Below, in pieces: positions 1 through 11,905 of a DNA stretch of 64,000 nt. Position numbers and translations under genes: made by a program. The notes beneath the pieces are model-generated. The model was not told the origin of the DNA. It worked only from the letters and a program-made list of their open reading frames with translations, and searched no databases. The stretch lies in NCBI RefSeq assembly GCF_009914755.1, contig NC_060934.1; one strand, 5' to 3'. This DNA is from the human T2T-CHM13v2.0 reference genome, Homo sapiens. The stretch's first letter is position 1; every line of letters begins with the position of its first letter.

Positions 1-545
1 GCCTTTGGTTGGCCTCTCACTCAACCTAAGGAGCATCCCATCCAACCTTCACTCCTGTCATATGGAGCATGAGGGCCACCGTTGCATCTTTTGACACAAA
101 AGAGGAGGAGGACACGAACTCTCCAAAAAATCATTTTAAGTTTTCCATTATCAAACTTTACACAGGTCCTTCTCATACCTTCCCAGCTCCATGGGAAAGA
201 TGAACAACCAGTGGCTGGATAATGGGCCCTTCCCCTGAATTGGTCCTTTGTAACGGAAGTAAATTTTCTGCCAGCCTTTGGTGCCCAGCAGTTTGATAAT
301 ACAGGTGTTTAAATGGTAGTGACTGTGGGGCCAGCCAGGAGAGGAGGCAGTGAGTCAGATGGGGGATTCACAGGAATTAAAGGCACTTAATCTCAGTACA
401 ATATGATTTTTCCAAATCTGCTGGCTCTGCACCAAGAATGAGCTGACCCTGGACACCCTGGGGCCTGGGCTGCTCAGGGCCTGTTTGGCTGTATCAGGGA
501 GGGCTCTGGGCTGAGGAACTCCTGGGAGGTGGCACTGGCCTAGGG

Positions 546-764
546 CAAGCTTGTCCAACCCGTGACCCATGGGCCACACGTGGCTCAGGACGACTTTGAA
601 TGTGGCCCAACATAAATTCGTAAACTTTCTTAAAACATGATGAGATTTTTTTGCGAACTTTTTTCTTTTTTTTAGCTCATCAGCTGTTGTGAGTGTATTT
701 TATGTGTGACCCAAGACAATTCTTCCAATGTGGCCCAGGGAAGCCAAAAGATTGGATGTCCCTG
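546..764 (-). mobile_element. MER30 (hAT-Charlie MITE), full length
   Basis: Ends caagcttgtccaac...ttggatgtccctg and the interior match the recalled MER30 consensus. 8-bp TSD gcctaggg (538-545) / gcctagag (765-772). Confidence 0.88.
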
Positions 765-1057
765 GCCTAGAGGCTCTGAGAGCAGATTAGGACCAAAGGG
801 TCCAAGGGCAGCCTAGTGTCCCTGTTGCTAGGAAGCCCCTTAGGCCACAGAGGACAGTGGACAGTGGGGCGGGGAGCAGGGGGCGGGGTGGCTTCTCCAG
901 GAGTGTAATGAGGAAGAATTTTGAGAATATACCTTGATCAACAGACAGAGAGCAAGGGACCTGCCTAAGACTACCCAGCCAGGATTTAAGACCAAATCTT
1001 TGCTGTTAATCACTATGTTATCCTGTAGAGTGTGTGTTATGTGTTGGGGGAATCTTA

Positions 1058-1258
1058 ATGGTAGCTGTGTTAATTAGCACTTACCCCAGTCATTTTATAT
1101 GTATTATCTAATTTAATCTTCATAGAAATCTGTTTCAAGTATGAGTAAACTGAAGAACAGAGACGCTAGGTAATATGCTCGTGATCACACAGCCACTGGG
1201 AGGTAGGATTAGAATTTGAACGCGGCTCCATCTAACTTTCAAGCCTGAACCCTCAGCC
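1058..1258 (-). mobile_element. MIR SINE
   Basis: Degenerate MIR core (tttaatcttcat...aaactgaag...gatcacacagc...atttgaac). Confidence 0.65.
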
Positions 1259-2944
1259 AGACCCTGGCACAGAGCATCCACCTCAAGGGACCGAGACCCC
1301 TGCCAACCAGAAAGATCAGGGAAGCTTCTTGGAGGGCATGTCAGAATTTGTTTCCGATGGAGCTGGTCTGTAAACTTCAGGTTCCCTGACCTCCCAAGGG
1401 CTCTTGCTCATCCTCAGATTGCTTCATGGGGCCCACTTGCTGGGTGCTTGGAGGGTGAGGTGCATCGTGGGTGCATTCCTCAGATCCCACTGGGATTGCT
1501 GAAGCGGCCAGCACAGGTTGCACCCACCAGCTTTGGGGCAGGCCTGCCCATATTAGATTGCAGCTTGGAGCCCTTCTCAGCATCACCCAGGACAGTTCTC
1601 TCAGCCAGGGTGGGGTCAGCGTCGGGGACACCGGGGACACACAGCTCCCACTGGGAGGGGCAGGGAAGGGCCGTGACCAACTGGACAGAAGAGAGTTAGT
1701 GAAGACAAAGGCACGCCAATCCCTGGACTCCCAGTTGTCGGCTCCAAAGGGATGAGTAGGAGAAGTGGCAGGTGGTGAGGCCCTGCCAGTAGATTGCACC
1801 TCCATTTGATGGGCAGTGGGGAGCCGGTGAGGGTTTTGATCTGTAGAATGACTGTGTGCCATTTCTCACTGAGTTTTCATAGAAACCTAGCATGTCAGAG
1901 GACAGAGACCAAACACTGTCAGGAGAGTGGCTCTGCTCCCCTGGGTGCTGGCAGGGAAGGGATGCTCATGTTGGGAATCCCCTTTGTAGCTGAGATGTCC
2001 TTTTGCAAGTCTGGTCTTTAAAATCCAAGCCCAGTTGGTGTGGGGCATAGAAGAGCTCAAAGTGTTAATTCAGAAATGTGGCTGAGTTTGGGGGAGGAGT
2101 GCACAGAAAACACGTGACACACACAAGATGCAGGCTCAGTGTAAAACTCTGGATGCCAGAGGCTGGGGGATCCGAGGGTCCAACAGTCCCACCCCCTTTG
2201 GATGGGAGAAACTGAGGACATAAGGGGCTTTGCCCGAAGAAGCCCAGGCCATTGCAGAGGAGGGCGCAGCATCCCCAGGTGACACCTGCCCTCCATGGGG
2301 GCTTTCCTCCTTCCATTGTGTGTCTTTGACCTTCCTCCCAGGCCTCTCTCTGAGCGTGAGCTGAGGCTGAGGGTTGGAGCCAGCTAGGAAAGAGAAGAGC
2401 CAATGTGTACCTTCCAGGTCACCTCACCAGGCTTCACAGGTACAGAGCAAGGGGGTCCTCGCAAGGAGCCAGTGGGGACTCAGTGGCCTGTCTTAGACAT
2501 TGGTATCATAGCACCCAGATAGGGAGGGAGACCACTGGTGGCAGCAAGCCTTACGCTAATTCATGACCCAAAAGAAACCCCGAGCAGTCTGCCCAGGGTG
2601 GGGCAGCTGCCCCGAGGTGTCCTCTGCCCACCTGTTTCTGTCCCACTGCCCTCACGCTTCTTAGCAGCCACAGCTGCCCGTCTGCCTCTGGCTCTGGCTC
2701 TGCCTCCTTCTGTGTGTGGGCCTCCTCTCGTGATCATGCCTGTATTTCCCAGTGCTCCTTGCTCACCCATTTTTGTCTGTCTGGCATCGTGTCTCTCACT
2801 TGGGTTTGTCCTGCCCCGATCAGCTGGGTTGTACCACCCCAGAGGGCACCCTTCCTGCAGGAGGCCTCCTCTCTATCGCTGGGTTGGGCTGGGCTCCACC
2901 TTGGTGCTTGCTTGCCTCTGAGGACTTCTCTAATCTGTGCACTC

Positions 2945-2947
<3 letters not shown>

Positions 2948-2998
<51 letters not shown>
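2948..2998. repeat. (GT)~25 microsatellite
   Basis: Pure GT dinucleotide run. Confidence 0.98.
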
Positions 2999-2999
<1 letters not shown>

Positions 3000-5104
3000 A
3001 GGTTTTTACAGACCCGCATGTATGTGTCCCTCCCCCTGGCCACCACACCCTTCACACCACTCATCTCTGCCCATCCTTGGGCTGGGCTCAGGTTCCTCCC
3101 CACTCCCCATGGGCCAGCCAGCAGGAAGGCAACCTGCAGCCACAGTGTGGAGCCCACTCCTTGCAGGCAGCCCCGGCATTCCTGGCTGCAGCAAACCCTC
3201 CGGGCTTAGCCCACAGGACTCCTGGGAGCCGGTGTGAGCCTGGCCATCATCCAGCCTGGAGAGTGGCTCCTGTTTGAAAGCAGGAATGTCCTGGATGGGA
3301 AAAGGCAGAGAGGGGAGAGTTTGTGAATAAAACAAACAAACAAGGGATTATTTTCCCTGAAAATGTGCCCTTTGTCTAATGCTGGAGCTCAGGGAGTCCC
3401 AGAAAGTGAGAAACCAGGGCACAGGGAGGGCACTGTGCATCCTGGGCTGGGGCTGGAGGACACAATGGAGGGAGGGGATGGGGCAGCCACACAGACCGCA
3501 CGTGTTCCGGAGGCCCAACGGGCCAGGATGACATTCCAGGGCCATTTCAACTGCCTCTCGAAATGTCATTAATATATGGCTAGCGGGGAGAGCTCCCAGG
3601 CTTCTCCAAACCCACCGTGTGAGTGGAGCCCCCTCCAGCCACCACCACTTAGTCATTTAGCAGATGTTTACTTAGTACCTATGATGGACCAGCGCTCTTC
3701 TGAGTATTTGGGATGCCTCTGAGCAAGAGACTGGGTGTCTGCGTCATGGAGCTGACAGTCTGGCAGGGGAGGAGAGAGGCATAGATCTTAGAGCTCCGAG
3801 GTCTTCCTGACAGTCCAACCCAGTCACCCTCCCAATCATACTGCTGGAATCCTGAGGCTCAGGGAGGTAGGGAGTCAGCCCTCCATCCTCCTGGTGCCAA
3901 GGCACAGCCCATTGGCATAACATTCGGTGCACACTGGCTGAATGAACACCCCTCTTGCAAGCATTGCTCAGTTTACCGAGAATTTCCCAGAAGCACCTGG
4001 GGATAGGAGGGGCTGGCAAGGACCTGCTTGATAGCAAGGCTTTTGGAGGTTGCAGGATCTAGACTGGGAGAGGTGTGCAGTGGAGGTGAGCTGCCATCAC
4101 TGTCATCGTCCCCCTTTGCCCATCAACCCCGTTGGGAATTTGCCAGTCTGGGTTGAGGTCAGTCTTTCTTCACTAATAATCTGATGGCATTGGGAAGTCT
4201 CTTTTCTCTGTGGGCCTCAGTTTCCCCATCTACCCAGTAAGAAGGTAGGACTGGCTGATGTGAGCTCCAGGAGGCCAGGGATTGGAGTTTGTGGCAATGT
4301 GTCTCCAGTGCATCTGCTGCTGACAAAACCGTGTAAACTGTGCCATGCACTGGGAATGAGGCCCCTCAGGGATCCCACAAGAGGCCCCCTGGGTCCTGGG
4401 ACCCCACCCGGCCTGTCTCGGTTCCCAGCTGCAGCAGGGCCTGGGCTTGCTCTCCCCAGACAGCCGGGCCAGTGAAGCGTGGGCCTGCTCACAGCGCCTG
4501 GCAGGGACCTGTAAATTGAAAACATGATGTTTCCTGTTGGGGCTGGACTCAGTGTGGCCTTGGAAAGCTGGCCTCGCTCTCAGGAAGCCCTGCTCCCCAC
4601 AGCACCGCCACAAAAACAGTGGAAAAGTGAAGCCTTTTCAAGTCTGTGTTTCCACTGTAAACAGGGGATGAAAGCTGGCCTCGCCTCCTGGAGCTGTTCA
4701 GGCCAGGCTCCTCGGCCCTGTCTTTGGAGGCACCTCAGCTGCCCCTCTGCCCCAGACAGCACCCCTCTAACTGGAGAAGCCGCCCTGTGCCCCCAGTTGA
4801 CAAAGGCTTACAGGTTTAGTTCAAGCACACCCAGACCCGTTAGTCCTCGTATCCACCCTGCGAGGTGAGAAGGGCCGGGGGAGATCAGCAGAGCACAGAG
4901 AGGCATAGGACTTGCCGAAACACACACCACCAAGGGAAGGCAGACCCGGACCCTGCCTCCTGCCCCGGGATGTCCTCACAGGGCCTGCAGTCCCTGAGGA
5001 GGCTCTTGTGTGTGGCCCTGGGTGCCTAAGCACAGATGCTGCCTAACCCAACATGAGCTTGACTTTGGCCTGTAAATGGAGAATCTCACACATTTAGTGG
5101 AAGT

Positions 5105-5305
5105 GACTTATTTTAAACTTTAATAATGTCCTTTTTTTCCTTATTGTAAAGTATATGCATGCTTGCTGCAGAAAGTCTGGAAGTCAGAAAAGTGAAGGAA
5201 GAAAAATAAAACTGCCCTGTAGTCCTCCCACCCAGAGGTCATCCTGGTCATCATTCTAGTATGTTTCTTTCTGGTCACCTTATAATTTTCTTTTCTTCTC
5301 TTTTG
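5105..5305 (-). mobile_element. Old L1M (L1ME-like) 3' fragment
   Basis: AT-rich ttattgtaaagtatatgcatgcttgctgcagaaagtctggaa...cccacccagagg pattern typical of antisense L1ME 3' ends. Confidence 0.55.
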
Positions 5306-7146
5306 GACTAAGTCACGAGGAGGCTTCAGAGTCATTCAGTGCTCCTATTAGACATGATCCTTAATGGCCACATGGTGGGGTCTTAGGAGGGGCCAGGGCA
5401 GTATCCTCATCACAAGCAGCTTGCTGCTGGCTTGGGCTGGGTGTGATGGGGTGCTGCTGGGGACTCTGGGGAGATGCCCCCCACCCTGCAGCATAATTCA
5501 TGGTGAGGGCAGCTTGGCCGGGACCCTCATGCTAGAAAGTCTTCCAGTGGCTCTGATTAACTGTGTGACTCTGGCCCACCTGTCCTGTCTCCCCATCTGT
5601 GAACTGGGCAAATGGGCCCCATTCGAGTGCTCATGGCCGCCCTTCAGCCTGCTACCAAGGCACTGCTTACTGACAACCTGCAGGTGTGGCCACGCAGTCC
5701 CTTACTCAGTTGGTCGTGAACAGAGTGCCTACTGTGTGTTGGTGAGTGACGCCTACCAGAGGCGCCATTCTCTCCACCATCACCCCTCCTATGTTCCTGC
5801 CCCTTTTAACCTGCAAGCCCATCCAGCTCTCCTCCTCCCTGACCCCTCACCAGTTGGAGCTGGAGCCCAGCTGGGCGGGGGTGAAGGAGGTCCCAGGAGG
5901 AGCCATCTTCAGCCCCTTCTGCCCTGGTGACATCCTTGGTGGCCCTGAGACAGCTTTATGGAAGACAGATTAAGGCTATCTCCTCCTGGTGGGTTCATGT
6001 CTTCACTTTTCAAGCCCTGCTCTGAGTTCTCCACAGCGGCATCCCTGCCCCACCCCTCCCCCACCCCCGCATGCTTCCTTCCCTCCTGCTCTAATCTGTC
6101 AGCCCAGCCGGAGAGAGGGCCACTGGTCTCCAAGGTGATTGAATTATTGTGGGGGAGACAGGCCAGGGTTTTCTGCGTGAGTGCTTTTGGCTTCCTGCCC
6201 TTGGAGAGGGGCTGGGGGAGGTGTGTGGTGGCAACCATGGGCCGTGGATCTCCCAGACAGCCCTGCTCTCCCAAGCCAGGGCCGCATGAAGCCCTGCCCC
6301 CGCCTGGCTCAGCGCTGCTCTGCTCTGGCCCAGGTTCCACCTCCAGAGGAGTGGGCCCATCTCAGTCCAGACCCTGGAGGAAGGAGAGGAGTCGGGCAGC
6401 TGTGACTGCTGACTCACACATGAACATTTCTTAAACATCTGCTATCTCTGTGCTGCAGGCCAGGAACCCAGGATGGAGAAGAAGAGGGATGCTAGCACAT
6501 AAAACACTTACTGTATGTGCCAGCCCTCCAAGGGTAACTCCAAGAGTTAATGTTACTGGTAGCAACAGGTAAAAGTTACTGGCCTCAGTTTTATAGCTGA
6601 GAAGGGTGCCTGATATGAATTCCTTCTCCCACTCACCTGTGGACTCCTAGAGAACAGGGGCTCTGTCTGGGTTCTGTCTGGATCCCTAGGGACTGCAGAA
6701 GGCCAGCCACTCAGATGGGACCTAGTTAGTGCCTGGTGAACTCAGTTCTACTAGAGTAAGAGAGGTGAGGTAACTAGTATGAGGTCACACAGCCAGAAAC
6801 AGAACCCCATTTTGCCTGGCTCTGCACCCGCACTCAGTCTCTGGGGCACCACGCCTCTTCCAGGCTGAGTGTTGGCAAAGAGGCCTGCCATCTAGCTGGC
6901 ACTGCCCAGCCACATGCCCACTGTGGTGAGCTGAGAGAGAGCTGAGTGGCTGCAGGTCTCAGCCTCTTCCCACTGGTGTGCTTCAGTCTGCTGGTCAGGC
7001 CCCACGCACCGTCTCCCTGCAGTCTGCTTCTTCCCTGGGAAGGAGGGGCCAAGAGGGGAAAGCCCCTCTCTCTGCCCTGCTCCACACTCTAGCTCATGGA
7101 AATGAAAAACACATTGGCTTCATTATCCCTGGATTGAATGAGCAGG

Positions 7147-7160
7147 GTTGCCATGGCAAC
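7147..7160. promoter_or_regulatory. RFX X-box, perfect palindrome
   Basis: GTTGCCATGGCAAC is the exact RFX consensus. Confidence 0.65.
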
Positions 7161-10059
7161 AGCCATCTCAGGCCCACAAGGGGGCAGAGGAGGGGCTGGC
7201 AAGGCCGAGGCAGGTGGGGACCAGGCAGTGGGTGAGCAGGCACTCCAGGCAGGCAGGCCACAGGGACAACCGCCACGCATGCCACCACCCTCTCTCAGAG
7301 GCCAGTGTCAGATCAGCATCCTGGGGCCAACGGGGCAGGCTGGGCCTGTCTTCCACTGACCTGCCCCTCATCCACTCGTTCTGTCTCCTATCCACCTGTC
7401 CCCTTCCTGCAGGGTGCCGAGGGTGGAGACGGGCCCCCACAGCACCATGAAGATGAAGGAGACAGGTGGAGAGAACAAGGGAAGAGGGGATGGAAGGGAG
7501 CCAGGAGGGGGCATGGCCTGCTCCTGATCAGGGACAGCCCTCAGGGGGCCTCTCGAGAGGCATGAAGTGAGGAAATGCCCCGAGGTGCCAGGCTGTGCAC
7601 ACCCAAGCACACCCGTGACCAGGGCCATGCTAGTGGCCCTGTCCCCCAGCATCACCCTCCTTAAAGAGGCTGGGTCCCCCAGTGTCTACTAGGACACTAT
7701 GAGTGATGTTGGCTGTGGGGGTGACCACAGAGGGTCCTGGCCCAGTAGCCTGGGCCATCCCATGACCCTGACCCCTGTCAGAGCTAGCTTCCCTGATACC
7801 AAAATGAACCCTCCTTTTTCCAGGGCCTAAGTGCCACCTGCCTCCTCTGTCCCATGGGCTGTCACCCCAGGGCTTGCATCTGAGGGCGACATCCCCCAGT
7901 AGGCCCTGCCGCCCCTTTGCACAGTCTGGCCCAAAGGAAGTGGGCTGCACCCCTTCCTCCTCCGAGTCCCCCAGAGGCGTGGGAGCCTGAGCTGCCCCTC
8001 TGGAGTGGCCCCAAGCAAACACCACCACCTTCCTCTGAGCAGGCAGCCTCAGCCAGTCTCTCCATGTGACCCAGACAATGGGGCAGCCCACAGGGGCCTC
8101 TGCTCAGGGGGGATAAAGTGCCCACAAGAGACTTTCCTTTCAGACAGGGCCATGCAGAGAAGCCCAGTGCTGACCGCAACTCCATTTGCAACTTTGACTC
8201 CAGTCCCAGCTCAAGCCCGGTCTTCGGGGCCAGCACACCTGCACACGTTTCCAGCTGCTCTCCCACCCCCAGCTTCTGCTCCAGCTAGAATGCCCTCCCG
8301 CCATGGCCTGTGCCTCCCCAAATCCAGCCTCCTCCCACTGCTTTTTTCTGATGGGGAAACAGAGGCTGAGTGAAGGGAAGTGACTCATCCAAGGCCACGA
8401 GGGAGTCAGGACAGTGTGGCCGTGTGTGGGATGTTCCTTTCCCAGGAGGCAGAGCTGTGGGTTCCCACTGAGACGGACCAAGAGTCAGTGTGGCCCTGCG
8501 TCCTGAGTCTCCCTGCTAGAGCAGGCTTGGGCAGGAGCAGGGAGCACCCGGGTTTCAGCCTCCTGATGGCCCTTCCCAGTGGGAAGGGGCCTGGGAGGAG
8601 GCTCAGGGGCTGACTCAGGTCACCATTCTCTTCTCCAAGCCTTAGTAAATGGGGACAGTCCTGTGGCCCTGCCTACAAACGGGCTGCCTGCTTCTGAGGA
8701 GGCTGGAGGTGAGCGGCTGGGCAGATGCAGTTGTGGTGTCACTGGTGCCGTTTGTAGCCTTGTCCTCCTGCCAAGTGGCGGTGGATTCTGAGGGGGAGAC
8801 AGCAGAGGCAGGAGCAACCCCAGCACCTCCTTGGGGCGGAGGCATCCCAGGGGCTTGAGCAGCCACCTGCCCACCGGCTGCAACCAGACCCCAGAGGCAC
8901 TTTCTCAAGGTTCCTAGGCCCTCCCAGGGAGCCGGGGTGAAGCCCAGGCATCATTGTGCTTATAGCTCCCCAAACCCCAAACCGTGGGCAGTGCTCACCT
9001 TGCTGTCCTCTAGGCCCTGGCTGTCCAGGTCACACCCCTTTGTGACCCCCTCTGGGCCTCATCCTGCCTCAGGCCAGCCTCAGGCCAGCCCTGGGACCTT
9101 GAGCCCATCCCTCCCTGCTCTTCTCTCTCATCCTTCCTCTACCCACAACCCACAGTCCCCATGGCATTTGTCCCCGTCATTGACCTCCCCTGACTTGGCG
9201 GCTGCATGTCCCGGCCCGCCTCCCAGCCACCACCACCACAGCCACCGCCCGGCTCCCCACCGGCAGCTGAGGGCGGCTGCTGGACAAGGCTGTCATTTTC
9301 CCTGCTGGGGATTACAGGTTTGGGGCTGCAGGAGTCTGAACTGGAGGAGGAGGAGGAGCCAGGACTCACCCAGTGCCAAGCTGGAGAGAGACAAGAGACA
9401 CCTCACAGGAAGGATGGGCTGGTCCCTGGTTCTGTTTGGGCTGGGATGGGGAATTCAGTCACCTGACATTACCAGAACTGTGTGTGTGTATGTGCACATG
9501 CGTGTGTGCATGCATGGACGCACCTCTCCCGAGGGGCAAGGGCTATGTCCTGCTCATGCAATTTAATCCGCCCAAGCTCATTTTTCAGATGAAAAAGACA
9601 AAACTCAGAAAGGGCAGGGGACTGGCCTAGGTCACACAGCAGTTTAGAGGACAGCCAAGTCTGGGCTGCCTGGCTGCCTCCAGCTGCTGCCTGATGCACC
9701 CACCTCCTTCTTGCCCACCTCCAGGAGAAGGTGGGGGCCAGGAGTATCGACTGGGTGACTGCAGACCCCCGAGAGGGCCTGCTTCTCGAGAGAGCTCTGT
9801 GGGTGAGGTATGGGCTGGGTTTGGGGGGAGAGTGTCAGCTGGACTCAGAGTGCAGCAGCATTGGTTCTGGGTGTGCAGGAGCTAGGAATGTCTCCCAGGG
9901 GTCCACAACTATGAATACTGGGATGGGATTAAATACCAGCAAGGTGACCCCAGTGGATCCAAACCCCTCTGGGGGAAAGTGGGTAAGCGTATGTATGCCA
10001 GGGACAGGGCCTGAGAGCCCTAAGAGGCTTGAGGATTTGAAGAGGCCCAGGGTTGAAGA

Positions 10060-10245
10060 AAACACAGCGGAGTGGTTCCGAGCACAGCCTCTAGAATCAG
10101 ACTGCCTGCCTTCCGAGGCCGAGCCCAGTCACTTGACTTCTCTGGGCCTTGTCTCCAGGGTCTCCATGGCGATTAAATGAAATAAATCTTGAACACTTAG
10201 TGCTGTCCGTGGTGTGTGCATGGTACGTATCCATTAGATGTACAC
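10060..10245 (+). mobile_element. MIR SINE
   Basis: tRNA-like head gagtggttccgagcacagcctctagaatcagactgcctg and tail gattaaatga...acttagtgc. Confidence 0.6.
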
Positions 10246-10718
10246 TGTTTTCCTCCTCCTCGGGTCTGTAGGTGTTTCAAGGCCCTGCCCTTCACCATCT
10301 GAGCAGTGAGGGCTGGAGTAGGGCAGTTAGTATGGTGAGTCAGCCAGGAGGGTCCTGGAACTGTACTTGATGAGGCTCTCCCTGGACTGGGTCACTAAGG
10401 AGCCAGCATTTCTGATAAGCAGTACCAAGTCAACCTAGGTTGGCACCCAATCCCAGGAGTGGACTGGCCAGACTGCTGGCAGCCAGAGGGACCTGTCAGA
10501 GCTAACCCTTGTCCCCTTTCAGGCCCCATGGTGCAGGGAGCACAAGGGAGCCAAGGCTGGTGGGGAGGCCTGCCTGTTCTTGGGAATTCACGACGTGTCT
10601 GCCTGTCGCAAGTACCTCGATAAGGAAGATTTGTGGGTGAGATTTGCAATTCTGTTTTCTTGGAGGGTTATAAATCAGCTGCATGCACACCCGGGACGCA
10701 GCACAGGCCTGAGGCTCG

Positions 10719-10726
10719 TGCACGCG

Positions 10727-10758
<32 letters not shown>
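10719..10758. repeat. (CA)n microsatellite, imperfect
   Basis: gcacgcgcacacacac...cgcacacac. Confidence 0.95.
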
Positions 10759-10939
10759 CCCATGTGTGCAGAGACACAGTCCAGGTCCTGCTTGATATTC
10801 CCCAGTTCTCTAGGTTGATGAGCTCTATGAAGGGAAAAACTTGGGCCCCTAAACTGCTGCCTGCCCTAACAGGGTCCCAGAACCATCCAGAATGAAGGAT
10901 GCAAGGCTGGGAGACGGTATCCCCATGGTTGGAGAAAGA

Positions 10940-11905
10940 GTGTGTTACATGGGTTACGAGCGTGAGCTCTGAAGTCTGCCTGGTTGGGTTCAAACATTGG
11001 CACTGTGAGTTACTAGCAATGCCCTTGGCTGTGTTGCTTTCAATGCTGTGTCTCAGTTTTCCCATCTGTGCAAAGGAGCTAATTATATCGTGTACTATGT
11101 GGGATGGTTGAAAGAATAAAACAAATCAATATTTGCAGAGTGCTTCAAGCAGGGCAGAGGACATAGTGAGTTCAGGAAGGCACGGCTGTTATCCTATCAT
11201 CATCATCATCACCAGTTAAGGGCTGGGTTTTGGGGTCAGACCAGGGCTGGAATCCCAGCTGTGCCCCTTATTAGCTCTGTGAACTTGGACATACTCATGA
11301 CACTCTCTTAGCCTCCAGTGCCTTCTCAATAAAAGGGACTATTCCTGTCTACTTCATAGGGTTGTTTAAAGGAGATGAAGGGTGCAATATCAGACCCTCA
11401 GGAAACGTCGGCCAGCGTTGCCTCGGTGCCTTGAGGTGGGATACTGGACAGGGCCTCTGGTTCAGAGCCTCCAGGTGGCTCTGCTCCGTGGCCTGTCTTC
11501 CTGTGGGAGGACAGTGTGCAGAATGTTTAGAAGAAAAGGGGAGGTTCTGGGGAGGTGAGCAGAGGGGAGGATTCCAGGAACCTCTGTCTTCCTTCCACCA
11601 TCAGGGACAGAAAGCGCTGGCCAGAGTGGCTCTCCCTGCCCCTGCCTCTCCTTCCACCCCTCTCCCGATGTGCACACACAGCATTGTGAGCTGTGAGCGT
11701 GAGAATAGGCCTTGGAGACTGGCAGGTGTGACTCATGGCTCTGCCATGCACTTACTGCGTGGCCTTGGGCAGGTCACTTAACCCCTCAATTCCCTCTATT
11801 GAGGGATAATTGTGCCTGCCCCACCTGGCAGCTGGAGAACTAATTAAATGAGATAATGTGTGTGGAGCACTTAGCACAGCTCCCAGAGGCGCCCGGATAA
11901 GTGCC
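10940..11905 (+). mobile_element. Cluster of three same-orientation MIRs (~10940-11195, ~11215-11380, ~11700-11905)
   Basis: Each has the MIR core (ctcagttttcccatctgt; ctctgtgaacttggac...catagggttgtt; ccttgggcaggtcacttaacc...ttaaatgagataatgtgtgt). Confidence 0.7.

Noticed and set aside
10199-10219. REST/RE1-like GCTGTCCGTGGTG
   Set aside because: Only one half-site is intact. The TCAG part is missing and it lies in a MIR tail.
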